A stretch of DNA of 54,173 nucleotides from a virus (lineage: Duplodnaviria > Caudoviricetes), in the IMG/VR virus record IMGVR_UViG_3300013101_000011, positions 1-54,173 of that record. The stretch is one strand, 5' to 3'. The notes beneath the pieces were generated by a model, which was not told where the DNA came from, searched no databases, and saw only the letters and a list, made by a program, of their open reading frames with translations. Shown here in pieces: positions 9,899 to 18,175 of the stretch. Every line of letters begins with the position of its first letter. Positions within the stretch are counted from its first letter, which is position 1. A program made the position numbers and the translations under genes.

Positions 9899-10119
9899 AT
9901 AATTCTGGCTCGTTTTTATAGAGGTGAACACTCCTCCTATTTCTTGCCATCGTCGTATAACTTTTTAATAGCTAGCCACGATGTTAAATCTCTCCTTGTC
10001 GTTTTAATAACAATTGGGTTTTTAGCAGTTTTTAAGATCTCTCTATACAGTTTGATCTTTGAAACTATCTCATAATAATCTACACTAATTGCTCATTCAT
10101 AATACACTCTCCTTTAAAA

Positions 10120-10275
10120 ATTGTATTCGTGCGCGGCCCGGGTCACAACCCCCGGTCTGTCTCTCAGTTAATGTTGGTGGCCACCAACATAAATCGATGC
10201 TAGGTGTACAGTGTCGTCAACCGTGTACTAAGGTCAGTTCATACCGTTATCTCAGCTTGCCGCGCCGAATACAAT
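10120..10275 (-). ncRNA. Structured ncRNA, copy A of the AGCTGAGA/palindrome family
   Basis: ATTGTATTCG/CGAATACAAT terminal stem; 20-nt palindrome at 10171-10190; GGTTGTGA-loop hairpin; covaries with copy B. Confidence 0.65.
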
Positions 10276-10283
10276 CTTATAAA

Positions 10284-10437
10284 ATTGTATTGATCCTGCG
10301 CCTCAGTCACAACCCTGAGATCTCGCAGTCTATGTCGGCGGCCGCCGACATAAGTGGTAGCTATGTGCGTGGAATGATCATTAACGGCCTTTTCAACAAT
10401 CAGCGCCACTTTCTCAGCTTACGCAGGTCAATACAAT
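10284..10437 (-). ncRNA. Structured ncRNA, copy B
   Basis: ATTGTATTGA/TCAATACAAT terminal stem; 22-nt palindrome at 10331-10352; CTCAG-GGTTGTGA-CTGAG hairpin. Confidence 0.65.
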
Positions 10438-10618
10438 CTTAATAACTTATTCTACAAAATTCACTTTCGTTTACTTGTTGCCAATATACTGTTCCTACTT
10501 CCGCATTTATCATATAAACCGTGCTGTCTATTTGAGTAACAATGTCTCCTAATAGACTGATAAAATACATGAATTGATCTACTGTTATACATTCAATCAT
10601 TTCCTTTTCCTCTAAATT

Positions 10619-10706
10619 TGGAGCCAACGGTCAGATTCGAACTGACGATGCCCTTTCGGATGAGGCTTACAAAGCCCCTGCATTCGACCGCTAATGCTAC
10701 GTTGGC
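10619..10706 (-). tRNA. tRNA-Thr(UGU), long variable arm
   Basis: GGGGC-TTTGTAA-GCCTC; variable arm with GAAA loop; CCA. Confidence 0.8.
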
Positions 10707-10710
10707 AAAA

Positions 10711-10856
10711 TTTATAGTGGCCTATTCTTCCTAGTCAATCCGTTTAAATATCTCTCCGCGATTCTCACCACCTGTATACGGGCCTGAGCTGGCACTTTGA
10801 GACCGACCTACGAGCTTTTGGTCATCCGCCGTGATCATCTTTCGATGCACTATAAA
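10711..10856 (-). ncRNA. Putative structured ncRNA
   Basis: TTTATAGTG/CACTATAAA terminal stem; internal CATC-GAAA-GATG hairpin; lies between tRNAs. Confidence 0.45.
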
Positions 10857-10858
10857 AT

Positions 10859-10934
10859 TGGCATCCCTAGAGAGATTCGAACTCCCATCTTTCGGCTTAG
10901 AAGGCCTAATGTTATCCAGTTGACTTATAGGGAC
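10859..10934 (-). tRNA. tRNA-Arg(UCU)
   Basis: Loop CTTCTAA; acceptor GTCCCTA/TAGGGAT; GCCA end. Confidence 0.85.
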
Positions 10935-10940
10935 ATAATT

Positions 10941-11016
10941 TGGTGCCGCAAGGAAGAGTCGAACTCCCGACCTGATGCTTACAAGGCAACTGCTCTACCA
11001 ACTGAGCTATTGCGGC
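10941..11016 (-). tRNA. tRNA-Thr(UGU)
   Basis: Canonical D arm; loop CTTGTAA; ACCA. Confidence 0.9.
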
Positions 11017-11017
11017 G

Positions 11018-11257
11018 TTATTCTATTATGACAGTTATGACTCCCGAGTTGCCCAATTTAATATTTGGATTCAGACTGTAGTCATATAGCAGTTGAATTA
11101 ATTCGTCTCGGATTACTCCGTGTCCAACGATAAATTCAGCTGTCTCTGTCTTTCCTGCTGTACGCACATCGCCTATAATTACTTCGGTTTGTCGTAAAGC
11201 ATCTTCTAGTTTGTTTCCATGGAAGTCGCGCTTTATCATACTTCTATTTATACTCAC
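11018..11257 (-). CDS. Stand-alone Smr-domain protein
   Basis: DFHG...A...FIVGHG...GNSGVITV matches Smr motifs. Confidence 0.7.
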   Translation of the reverse strand: MSINRSMIKRDFHGNKLEDALRQTEVIIGDVRTAGKTETAEFIVGHGVIRDELIQLLYDYSLNPNIKLGNSGVITVIIE

Positions 11258-11264
11258 TAATGTT

Positions 11265-11341
11265 TGGCTCCATTCAAAGGACTCGAACCTTTCGCGTGGT
11301 GATTAACAGTCACCCCCCATCACCAGGATGGGCCGAATGGA
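11265..11341 (-). tRNA. tRNA-Asn(GUU)
   Basis: GGTGA-CTGTTAA-TCACC; U1-A72, G73; CCA. Confidence 0.9.
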
Positions 11342-11540
11342 ATAAATTTGGTAGCTGCAATTCGGGATTCCAATTACGGTTAGGCAACCGACTAGCGGCG
11401 CTTTATAACCCTCGTATACTTTCCCCTAGCAACTTTCCAGGGTACGTATTATAAGCCGGTATTTGTTAGACGCTCATCAACGTCACCTTCTGTCTTCCCA
11501 AACAGTTAGGGAGGTTTCCCGGACCTCGGGAAATGTATTT

Positions 11541-11626
11541 TGGCTCCAGCGGTAGGGATCGAACCTACGCTCCCGGGGGAGTCTGCGCATTAACAGTGCG
11601 AAACATTACCTCTCTGCCACACTGGA
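11541..11626 (-). tRNA. tRNA-Asn(GUU), long variable arm
   Basis: CGCA-CTGTTAA-TGCG; CTCC/GGAG variable stem; flanked by a GTATTTTGG/CCAAAATAC inverted repeat. Confidence 0.8.
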
Positions 11627-11646
11627 CCAAAATACACTTACATCTA

Positions 11647-11760
11647 ATTTTATGACCTTGCCTATTTCTCCCTACAAATGTTACACAGGTCCTGCGACTC
11701 GAACGCTAAGGGCAGTAAACGACCACCCTGTCCACCTTGGAAAACCCGCATCATAAAAAT
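11647..11760 (-). ncRNA. Putative ncRNA with T-loop-like hairpin
   Basis: TTTTATGA/TCATAAAA terminal stem; GCG-TTCGAGT-CGC. Confidence 0.45.
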
Positions 11761-11893
11761 TAAATTTGGCGTCCCCGTTTATTTTTGTAGGGCAGGAACA
11801 AATACTCCCTAAATGGTTTTGGTATATGGGTAACAGAGGTGATCAACCTTAGCTTACATATACCGTTCGTCGCGACACTGTCCATCACAGTAT

Positions 11894-12008
11894 TAAATCA
11901 TCTTATTAACTACACTTTCCGGAATTGAACCGGCTTCTGCAGGTGCCCCACTTATCGTTCACGTCCTGGTAGCTACAACAGGATCAATGCAGTTAATAAG
12001 ATGATTTA
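11894..12008 (-). ncRNA. Long-stem RNA with T-loop hairpin overlapping the end of the ArfA-like ORF
   Basis: 18-bp perfect terminal inverted repeat, extendable with G-U pairs; CCGG-TTCAATT-CCGG. Confidence 0.55.
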
Positions 12009-12124
12009 GCCTTCTTGTCGTGTTTCCACTTACTCTTACCCTTACGGGAATAGTCCTTTTTACGATCTCGCATCGTAACAGATTTGTTATACTTGCGAGC
12101 ATGTTTTGCTACTAAGTTATTCAT
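11993..12124 (-). CDS. Small basic protein resembling ArfA-type ribosome rescue factors
   Basis: 43 aa MNNLVAKHARKYNKSVTMRDRKKDYSRKGKSKWKHDKKAKSSY; AAGGAG SD; below the ORF-track cutoff. Confidence 0.55.
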   Translation of the reverse strand: MNNLVAKHARKYNKSVTMRDRKKDYSRKGKSKWKHDKKAKSSY

Positions 12125-12321
12125 AACATTTCTCCTTTTAAAAAATTGTGCCGATGTATAGAGCCTCCCGTTTAAGAGCTTGACGCCCGTTCCCGAAGGG
12201 TATTCGAATGTACCACGGCTCGTACCTCGTTCAATTATCGCGTGGTTTTATTAGATCGCCAACTGTGCGACCACTTCCCGTTTCCCCAATTGGGTAAGGC
12301 GCTTACCACGTGCGCAGGGAT

Positions 12322-12397
12322 TGGTAGTTCCGGAAGGAATCTAACCCTCATTTCCCGGTAATCGGCCGGGCGTCTTAGACGTTAGACAGACGGAACT
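12322..12397 (-). tRNA. tRNA-Ile(GAU), atypical (C33, U37, T loop TTAGATT)
   Basis: Acceptor AGTTCCG/CGGAACT; CCCGG-CCGATTA-CCGGG; ACCA. Confidence 0.65.
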
Positions 12398-12405
12398 ATA
12401 AAATT

Positions 12406-12479
12406 TGGTTGCTGATAGTGGAATCGAACCACTGTCGGTAAGTTATCAGCTTACTGCTCTACCATTGAGCTAATCGGCA
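12406..12479 (-). tRNA. tRNA-Ile(GAU)
   Basis: GTAAG-CTGATAA-CTTAC; ACCA. Confidence 0.9.
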
Positions 12480-12556
12480 ATTGTGCTGGACTTGCTTTGG
12501 TCAGGATAGACCGTAGCCTTGTGTTGCCAGCATACACCTTTTTCTACATAATCAAT

Positions 12557-12568
12557 TGTTAAAGAACG
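12557..12568 (-). promoter_or_regulatory. boxA-like antitermination element
   Basis: CGTTCTTTAACA versus rrn boxA TGCTCTTTAACA; lies between the terminator and the first tRNA. Confidence 0.6.
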
Positions 12569-12596
12569 TTACACTTGTTTAGCAAGTGTGAGCCAT

Positions 12597-12631
12597 AAAA
12601 AAAGCCCGGGTTGCTTGCGCTTGCCGGGCTT
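12597..12631 (-). terminator. Attenuator-type intrinsic terminator of tRNA operon 1
   Basis: AAGCCCGGCAAGCGCAAGCAACCCGGGC-T7, 22 nt after the leader stop. Confidence 0.8.
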
Positions 12632-12653
12632 CTAGTATTTTATCTGTTAAGAC

Positions 12654-12740
12654 TTAAACTATCATACCCTCACGCGCACCAATAATATTTTTCATATTAT
12701 TAATTGTGGTCGTTCTTGTTATAATTGTTTCTGTGCTCAT
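12654..12740 (-). CDS. Leader peptide 1 (ANN-codon sensor), MSTETIITRTTTINNMKNIIGAREGMIV
   Basis: 19 of the first 20 codons start with A; ATG is 5 nt after GATAAATA; followed by a terminator and NNU-anticodon tRNAs. Confidence 0.8.
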   Translation of the reverse strand: MSTETIITRTTTINNMKNIIGAREGMIV

Positions 12741-12935
12741 GTGTTTATTTATCGCCTTTGTTAAATTTCGTTAAATTTCTTATCCTAAAACTTCGAGTGC
12801 CAGCTTATTCAAACGAGGACAATATATACCTCTTCGCTCTAATGCTATTTGTTCAGCTCGCAAATGATCGGTTCGCAATCAATAAGCTAGCACTCGATCT
12901 ATGTAGTATATATCCTTTGCGGATTATGTCTACCT

Positions 12936-13130
12936 TTATTTCTCCCAAACAGTAAAATCGTGTTCGACTTCGCTCGCGCCTGTTGTATGATGGATGCCGG
13001 GCAATTTCTGTTTTACCAGTTCCCGCGCCGCTTCTCCGGATTCAGCAATTACGATTGCTGTACCACGTTCGGTCTGCGACCATTGGTAACTAACAGCCCA
13101 TTTTCGAATTCTAGAATCTCGGGTATTCAC
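12936..13130 (-). CDS. Hypothetical protein
   Basis: 64-aa ORF in the gene tiling. Confidence 0.5.
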   Translation of the reverse strand: MNTRDSRIRKWAVSYQWSQTERGTAIVIAESGEAARELVKQKLPGIHHTTGASEVEHDFTVWEK

Positions 13131-13650
13131 GTCTGTCTACTTGCTCCCAACTTTTCTCATTAAATATTTGATCGAGTTCGCGCTTCGTTTGCACGTTGCT
13201 CACGTGGTGGATTCCAATTCCTTTCTTTGCCCTAAATGGTATAATGGATTTCTCCAACCTGTCGTCAATTAGGATAATGTCAGGATACGCAAATCTTTCT
13301 TTACTCTTAGAATCCGGTACAAGAAGAACTTCCTTAATCTCCGGAAAGTGTTCTTTATACCATTGAATTTTCTGTTTGCCGATCGCTTCCTCGTTGCTGA
13401 AACCCGTTGCTGTTAAAACTTTCACGTCAGCATCAAATCCCATTGCGTATGCTACTAAATCTTTGGCGCCCGGTAACATGGGGAGGTCGATGAAGAATGT
13501 CGGGGAGGCAAATACTTGGTTTTTTAATCCTGTGTCGGAAAATGCGTCAGGACCAGCCATGCTTAAATCGATTCCGGTAACTGCTAATACACCTGCTTCA
13601 AAATCGGCCAGGACCCCGTCGGAGTCGAAATATATAATTGGCCTGTTCAT
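13111..13650 (-). CDS. 5'(3')-deoxyribonucleotidase-like HAD phosphatase
   Basis: YFDSDGVLADF, VLTA, LIDD motifs. Confidence 0.8.
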   Translation of the reverse strand: MNRPIIYFDSDGVLADFEAGVLAVTGIDLSMAGPDAFSDTGLKNQVFASPTFFIDLPMLPGAKDLVAYAMGFDADVKVLTATGFSNEEAIGKQKIQWYKEHFPEIKEVLLVPDSKSKERFAYPDIILIDDRLEKSIIPFRAKKGIGIHHVSNVQTKRELDQIFNEKSWEQVDRREYPRF

Positions 13651-13662
13651 GCATGTATTTAC

Positions 13663-14364
13663 CTAGTCTTTATTTTTGCCTACGTTTTCGAGATTGACCA
13701 GAAGATCCGATCCCTCTTCCATCAACTTCTCGCATTTTGTTTCGAGAATTTCCCGGTTAGTTGATCCTGCCGGCTCAGCGTCGATTTCCTTTTGAAGCTC
13801 ATCGATTTTTTCGTTAATCTGTTCGATCCGCTGCATTGTTTCTATCACTTTGGTGAACTCGATCGCACCGCTGTTTACCGCTGCGTCAAGATCATTTATG
13901 ATCCGCGCAGCCATGTTTACTGCGGCATTATCAATATTGACAATAATTTTCATTTTCCGCACGGTAAAGAATTGCACAATTTCTGATAATGCGAATATAG
14001 CAGCCACAACATAAAATCCGTGTGTTATAAGGATGGGTGTCGCGATCACTGTACAGAATGCGGCAATTCCTCTTACTGTTGAGCGGGTTGGAGAGGTATA
14101 AACTTCCTTGCTCTTCTCAGTCAAGTCTCGTTTCGCTACCGTCTTCAGCGGCAGTATTAAAATTATACTACCCGCGATAAGAGCTATTAAACAAAAACCA
14201 GCAATTATGTATAGCAACCATTCGGCATATTCGTTGTCGTTAAAAGAAGCATATACCACAGTCATTAAAATTACTAGTCGGAAGCCAATGCCTGTGATGA
14301 AAATGTTTATCTTCTTTTGATTCGCTTTTGCTGTAATTTCTTGCTCAGTAGGTTCATTTTCCAT
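13663..14364 (-). CDS. Hypothetical membrane protein with C-terminal coiled coil
   Basis: About 4 hydrophobic helices; start reassigned to MENEP after an early promoter. Confidence 0.65.
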   Translation of the reverse strand: MENEPTEQEITAKANQKKINIFITGIGFRLVILMTVVYASFNDNEYAEWLLYIIAGFCLIALIAGSIILILPLKTVAKRDLTEKSKEVYTSPTRSTVRGIAAFCTVIATPILITHGFYVVAAIFALSEIVQFFTVRKMKIIVNIDNAAVNMAARIINDLDAAVNSGAIEFTKVIETMQRIEQINEKIDELQKEIDAEPAGSTNREILETKCEKLMEEGSDLLVNLENVGKNKD

Positions 14365-14489
14365 CTGTATTGTCTCGGTTTTGTTTAAATATACGTATAT
14401 TATACAGGTTTTTAGGTTTATGGTAAACCATAAAAAAACCTTGCAAATCAACGACTTACAAGGTTTTAAACTTCTTTAAAATCAATGCC

Positions 14490-14939
14490 TTATGCAGGAT
14501 CGCCTGACAGCTTATCAATCATACTTAGCTTGGAAGCCATGTCAATTTTGGATACGTACCTGGGCCATGCTACATTGCCAAGTCCATATGTGAAAAGAAT
14601 GCCTGCGTACCAATACATATCTGCCGCCACCAGGAAATAAGATGTGCCGCAACAGATCAAACCAAATGCATAAATTGCAATCGCTTGTGGCTTCCACATG
14701 TTAAATTCCAAAACTGCAATATCAGTCTTGATTGCATATTCTGCTGGAATTAATGTTGTGCAAAGTAACAGCATAACCGTATGTGCTACAATGAGGATAA
14801 TTACAAAAGCTGAAACGCCTTTGTCATCGTAGCCTGCCAACATGTAAAGTATCGGGCCGATGATCGCCATTCGAAGTGCAAAACCCAATGCGGTTTTTGC
14901 TGTGAATTTTAAAAACTTTCCTTTGTGATCTTCTGTCAT
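14490..14939 (-). CDS. Hypothetical membrane protein
   Basis: About 4 hydrophobic helices. Confidence 0.65.
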   Translation of the reverse strand: MTEDHKGKFLKFTAKTALGFALRMAIIGPILYMLAGYDDKGVSAFVIILIVAHTVMLLLCTTLIPAEYAIKTDIAVLEFNMWKPQAIAIYAFGLICCGTSYFLVAADMYWYAGILFTYGLGNVAWPRYVSKIDMASKLSMIDKLSGDPA

Positions 14940-15020
14940 TTCTATGTCCTAGTAATTTAAATTAATTGTTAAAGTAAGTATAAGGAATTCTGGGTTATTA
15001 GTAAATGTTTTTGGTAAGAT

Positions 15021-15042
15021 AAAAGGGGCCGAAACCCCTTTT
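15021..15042 (-). terminator. Intrinsic terminator
   Basis: AAAAGGGG-CCGAAA-CCCCTTTT hairpin after the YadA-like gene. Confidence 0.65.
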
Positions 15043-15058
15043 ATCCTAAGTTTCCTAC

Positions 15059-16192
15059 TTAGAAGCGGAAGGTAAAACCTGCGCTACCACCCGTTTCATC
15101 GCCGCCACCGTCTGTGAAGACATTAGCGTTAACAAACCAACGGTCGGAAAGTGCGCCACCTACACCAAGTGCAAGAGCTTCCTGTCCGTCAAAGTAACCA
15201 ACACCAGCACCTGCTTGAACACCAACGTAATCAGTGTCATAGTGGATAGCTGTCATTGCTGCAACACCAGCGATACCTTTACGTAATGTACTGATATCGT
15301 TATCCAATCCATTTAAACGATCTTCGTGATCATCTAAGCGAACATCTTGTGCTTCGTTTTGCTCATACAAGTCGTTAATCTGACCGTCTTGGCGATCGTC
15401 AGTAATACCACGAGAGTTGATTGCTGCTGTATTAATTCCGATGTTCTCAGAGTTAGTAGCAATTTCACCGTCTTGGCGATCCTGGTCAGTCCAGAGGGCT
15501 GTATCTTCTGCTTCACGTGCATCGCGTTCTGCTTGGATATCTGCGATACGTTGCTGTGCTTCTGCAAGATCAGCGTCATAACGCGCAGTCGCTTCATCAA
15601 CGTCAGCTTGGATACGAGCTAATGATTCGGCTTCAGTCCGTGCAATGGCGCGAGAATCAACAACTCGATCATTGGTGATACGCGTCTGCTCTTCGCTTAA
15701 TATATCGGCTTGCAAACCTGCGTCAGCATTCGCGCGAGATAGTGCTTCGGCTTCAGTCCGTGCAATGGCGCGAGAATCAACAACTCGATCATTGGTGATA
15801 CGCGTCTGCTCTTCAGAATCTAAATTCTGTTGCAATGCTGCATCACCTGCTTGACGATCGCCGACCTCATCGGCTAATTCACCGTCTTGGCGAGCTTGGT
15901 CGAGAATAGCTGCATCAATTACAAGTTGAGCATCATTGCGCATTGCTGCTTCACGTGCATCTGTGTAGGCGTCATTGGCTGCATCACCGTCGGCGATATC
16001 AGTAACGGCTACGCCTGAATCAACAGGAAATGCACACTCAGAAATCACGTGAGTTTCGCCGTTATATTCAAACGATGTCTCCACGCATTCTGCGAGCTGT
16101 CCTGTTGGGTTACGTTCTAAAGCAAATGCCGAAATAGGCGCAGATGCAATAGATGCGGCAAAAATTACCGCGGTTAAGTTTTTCATTTTCAT
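15059..16192 (-). CDS. Trimeric autotransporter adhesin-like protein with YadA C-terminal anchor
   Basis: Signal peptide; coiled-coil stalk; GIAGVAAM...GVGYFDGQEALALG anchor with terminal Phe. Confidence 0.85.
   Translation of the reverse strand: MKMKNLTAVIFAASIASAPISAFALERNPTGQLAECVETSFEYNGETHVISECAFPVDSGVAVTDIADGDAANDAYTDAREAAMRNDAQLVIDAAILDQARQDGELADEVGDRQAGDAALQQNLDSEEQTRITNDRVVDSRAIARTEAEALSRANADAGLQADILSEEQTRITNDRVVDSRAIARTEAESLARIQADVDEATARYDADLAEAQQRIADIQAERDAREAEDTALWTDQDRQDGEIATNSENIGINTAAINSRGITDDRQDGQINDLYEQNEAQDVRLDDHEDRLNGLDNDISTLRKGIAGVAAMTAIHYDTDYVGVQAGAGVGYFDGQEALALGVGGALSDRWFVNANVFTDGGGDETGGSAGFTFRF
15626..15814. repeat. 69-bp exact direct repeat with 120-nt period in the YadA-like stalk
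   Basis: 15626-15694 equals 15746-15814; encodes EEQTRITNDRVVDSRAIARTEAE twice. Confidence 0.9.
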
Positions 16193-16297
16193 TTTTTGTT
16201 TCCTGGCCGATGGCCGTTGGGTTAGTTGCTTCTTCACTCAAAACTATAAGCTATTTTGAATAATTTTCAAACATATTTGGATTGGACAGAGTGTGTT

Positions 16298-17269
16298 CTA
16301 CCGCACAGAATTGATAATATCCATATGCTTATTGTAGATCCAATTGTCCCAATATTCCTTATCGCTAGTCTCAGGGAGGCTGGATGCTGCGGCAAGTCTA
16401 GTAACCTCTGCAACCAATTCCTCAATAGCTGGTTGAACGACATCCTTGTAACCACATTTGCCAAGCTTGACATCCATGATAAAGTCTGTCTCCGGCAGAG
16501 GGTAATTGAACCCGCCAATCTCGTAAATGTATTTTGCTTGGTAGCCTGCGCGAAGTGCGTGACTAACTGCTTTCCAGTCAACGCCCATATTGCTTTCAGC
16601 TTTCTTTGCGCGATGACCATAGCCATCATAAATCTTTTGCATGTTATCTAAGATATACGGAAGCTTGTTTTTGAAGTCGAACTTACGTTGGCAAATTTCG
16701 TAGAAGTGTTGCTTCTCACCTTTAACTTCGGTTTCGACAATGTATGCATGTTCGCCAATTGGAATGTCGTCGATAACTTCTCCCAATTTCCATTCGTGAC
16801 CATCCTCACCATAGGTACCAAATTGTCTAAGGTAATCCATTGCCTCTGTTAATGCTGCAAGGCGCGAACCTTTAACACCATACTTCGCGGCTTGGCCTTG
16901 TACATAATCAACATATGAGGACATGTCTTTTGTGTAGAACAGGTGCCTCTTTTCCTGCAACTCTGCCCAAATTGGAGATGGGATTAAGACCTGCGCGTCC
17001 GATGCGTGAAGCATATCTATTGCAGTATTCTTTCCAGCCATTGCCATTTTTACAAACTTCTGCAAGCTCATAATTTCGTTGTCGACATCGTCTGCGGTGT
17101 TCTTGCTCACGTCATCGCCAGTGGATTGCTTGCGGCTGAAGTCTGCCTCTTGCATGATAATTTCTTTTGCAGTTGGCAACACAATAGCCGCGTAATCAAT
17201 ATCGCTTCCTTCGTGGTTCAACCCATACAGGTGAGAACCATATTCCATTTTTACTACAATTTCGTTCAT
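16298..17269 (-). CDS. Pol-beta superfamily nucleotidyltransferase, T4 NrdC.11/RlaP-like
   Basis: YGSHLYG...SDID; QAAKYGVKGSR; DWKAVSHA motifs. Confidence 0.8.
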   Translation of the reverse strand: MNEIVVKMEYGSHLYGLNHEGSDIDYAAIVLPTAKEIIMQEADFSRKQSTGDDVSKNTADDVDNEIMSLQKFVKMAMAGKNTAIDMLHASDAQVLIPSPIWAELQEKRHLFYTKDMSSYVDYVQGQAAKYGVKGSRLAALTEAMDYLRQFGTYGEDGHEWKLGEVIDDIPIGEHAYIVETEVKGEKQHFYEICQRKFDFKNKLPYILDNMQKIYDGYGHRAKKAESNMGVDWKAVSHALRAGYQAKYIYEIGGFNYPLPETDFIMDVKLGKCGYKDVVQPAIEELVAEVTRLAAASSLPETSDKEYWDNWIYNKHMDIINSVR

Positions 17270-17908
17270 TATTATTTCCTAATTTTTCAATACTGCGTCT
17301 GCCTTCTCACGAATGTCTGCAGAGATGGGATAAGTCCTTGCCCACGTGGCAAAGTCTTTTAATTTAGTCTGCTCCGCTAGGAGCCTTGTTCTAAGATCGT
17401 ACGTATCGCGCTCGTACTTTAATTGTAGAGCACTAAACGTATCGCGCAGTTCCCTGAGCTTAGTTTTTATTGGACTTGCGTTTATCATTCATCGCGCAAA
17501 GCCTTCCTGGCAATTGTGTAGAGTGCATTCGCATCCCATGATACCGCAGCATCGCCTGCTTTGGCATCTTCGGTGAGTTGCACAATCAGCTCGAGGGCGG
17601 CGCGGTGACGTTCTGCATTAATTAATGCAATGATTTCAGTCCCCATAGGGAGGTCGCCTACATAATCTATCACTGGTTTATCTCTACTCATTTTCCCTTT
17701 CTCCTGCGCAGTTCATCCGCGCAATAATTAATTTCATCTGCATAATATCCTACCTTATGCCCCGAGGGGTTTGCCTTTATTGCTGCAAAGGCGTCATGTG
17801 CAATATAATGTAGGATATCCTCGCTTTTATGTTTTAAGCTTTTGGGATATTCAATGTGATCAATATGCGATTCCATGTAAACACTATACAACCATTGTGG
17901 AATGATTC

Positions 17909-18175
17909 CTACCTGTATGCAGAAAGACCTGAAAGTAAATCGCCCTGGGCAACCATTTCCAAACCCTGGTCGTTCCAGTGATCTTCTAAGTAGAGCGCGA
18001 GTTGCTCTGCAATATATTTTGCCACTGCAGGCTTTGCGATAATTTCCGCGACAGTTAGGTTGTCCCAATCATCGTCTTCGAGATCGTATTCGTGCCGTTC
18101 GTTAAGACAATCGCAAATACATTGCAATTGGTTCTCACTAAAATTAACAGGAATGTTCAATACCCAAATAGCCAT
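17909..18175 (-). CDS. Hypothetical protein
   Basis: Coupled ORF in the early-gene tiling. Confidence 0.55.
   Translation of the reverse strand: MAIWVLNIPVNFSENQLQCICDCLNERHEYDLEDDDWDNLTVAEIIAKPAVAKYIAEQLALYLEDHWNDQGLEMVAQGDLLSGLSAYR

Noticed and set aside
9905-9936. preQ1-I riboswitch-like GAGG..CCTC-TATAAAAACGAG
   Set aside because: The loop lacks the expected ligand-pairing pattern, and the element precedes a tRNA rather than a queuosine gene.
9937-10115. Strong SD with mini-ORF MNEQLV-stop and an out-of-frame ~50-codon ORF
   Set aside because: Cannot distinguish a regulatory uORF from a frameshifted small gene; no terminator or codon signal supports it.
12146-12321. HDV-like (theta) ribozyme after a tRNA 3' end
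   Set aside because: Could not build the nested double pseudoknot by eye, and the tRNAs already encode CCA; a motif search would be needed.
8700-12500. Plus-strand ORFs over the tRNA clusters (for example 9460-9759, 10089-10442, 10797-11081, and likewise 30596-32073)
   Set aside because: They are antisense shadows of tRNA and ncRNA genes, with no SD or protein motifs.
15626-15814. CRISPR array
   Set aside because: Only two in-frame coding repeats; no repeat-spacer array or cas genes were seen in the window.
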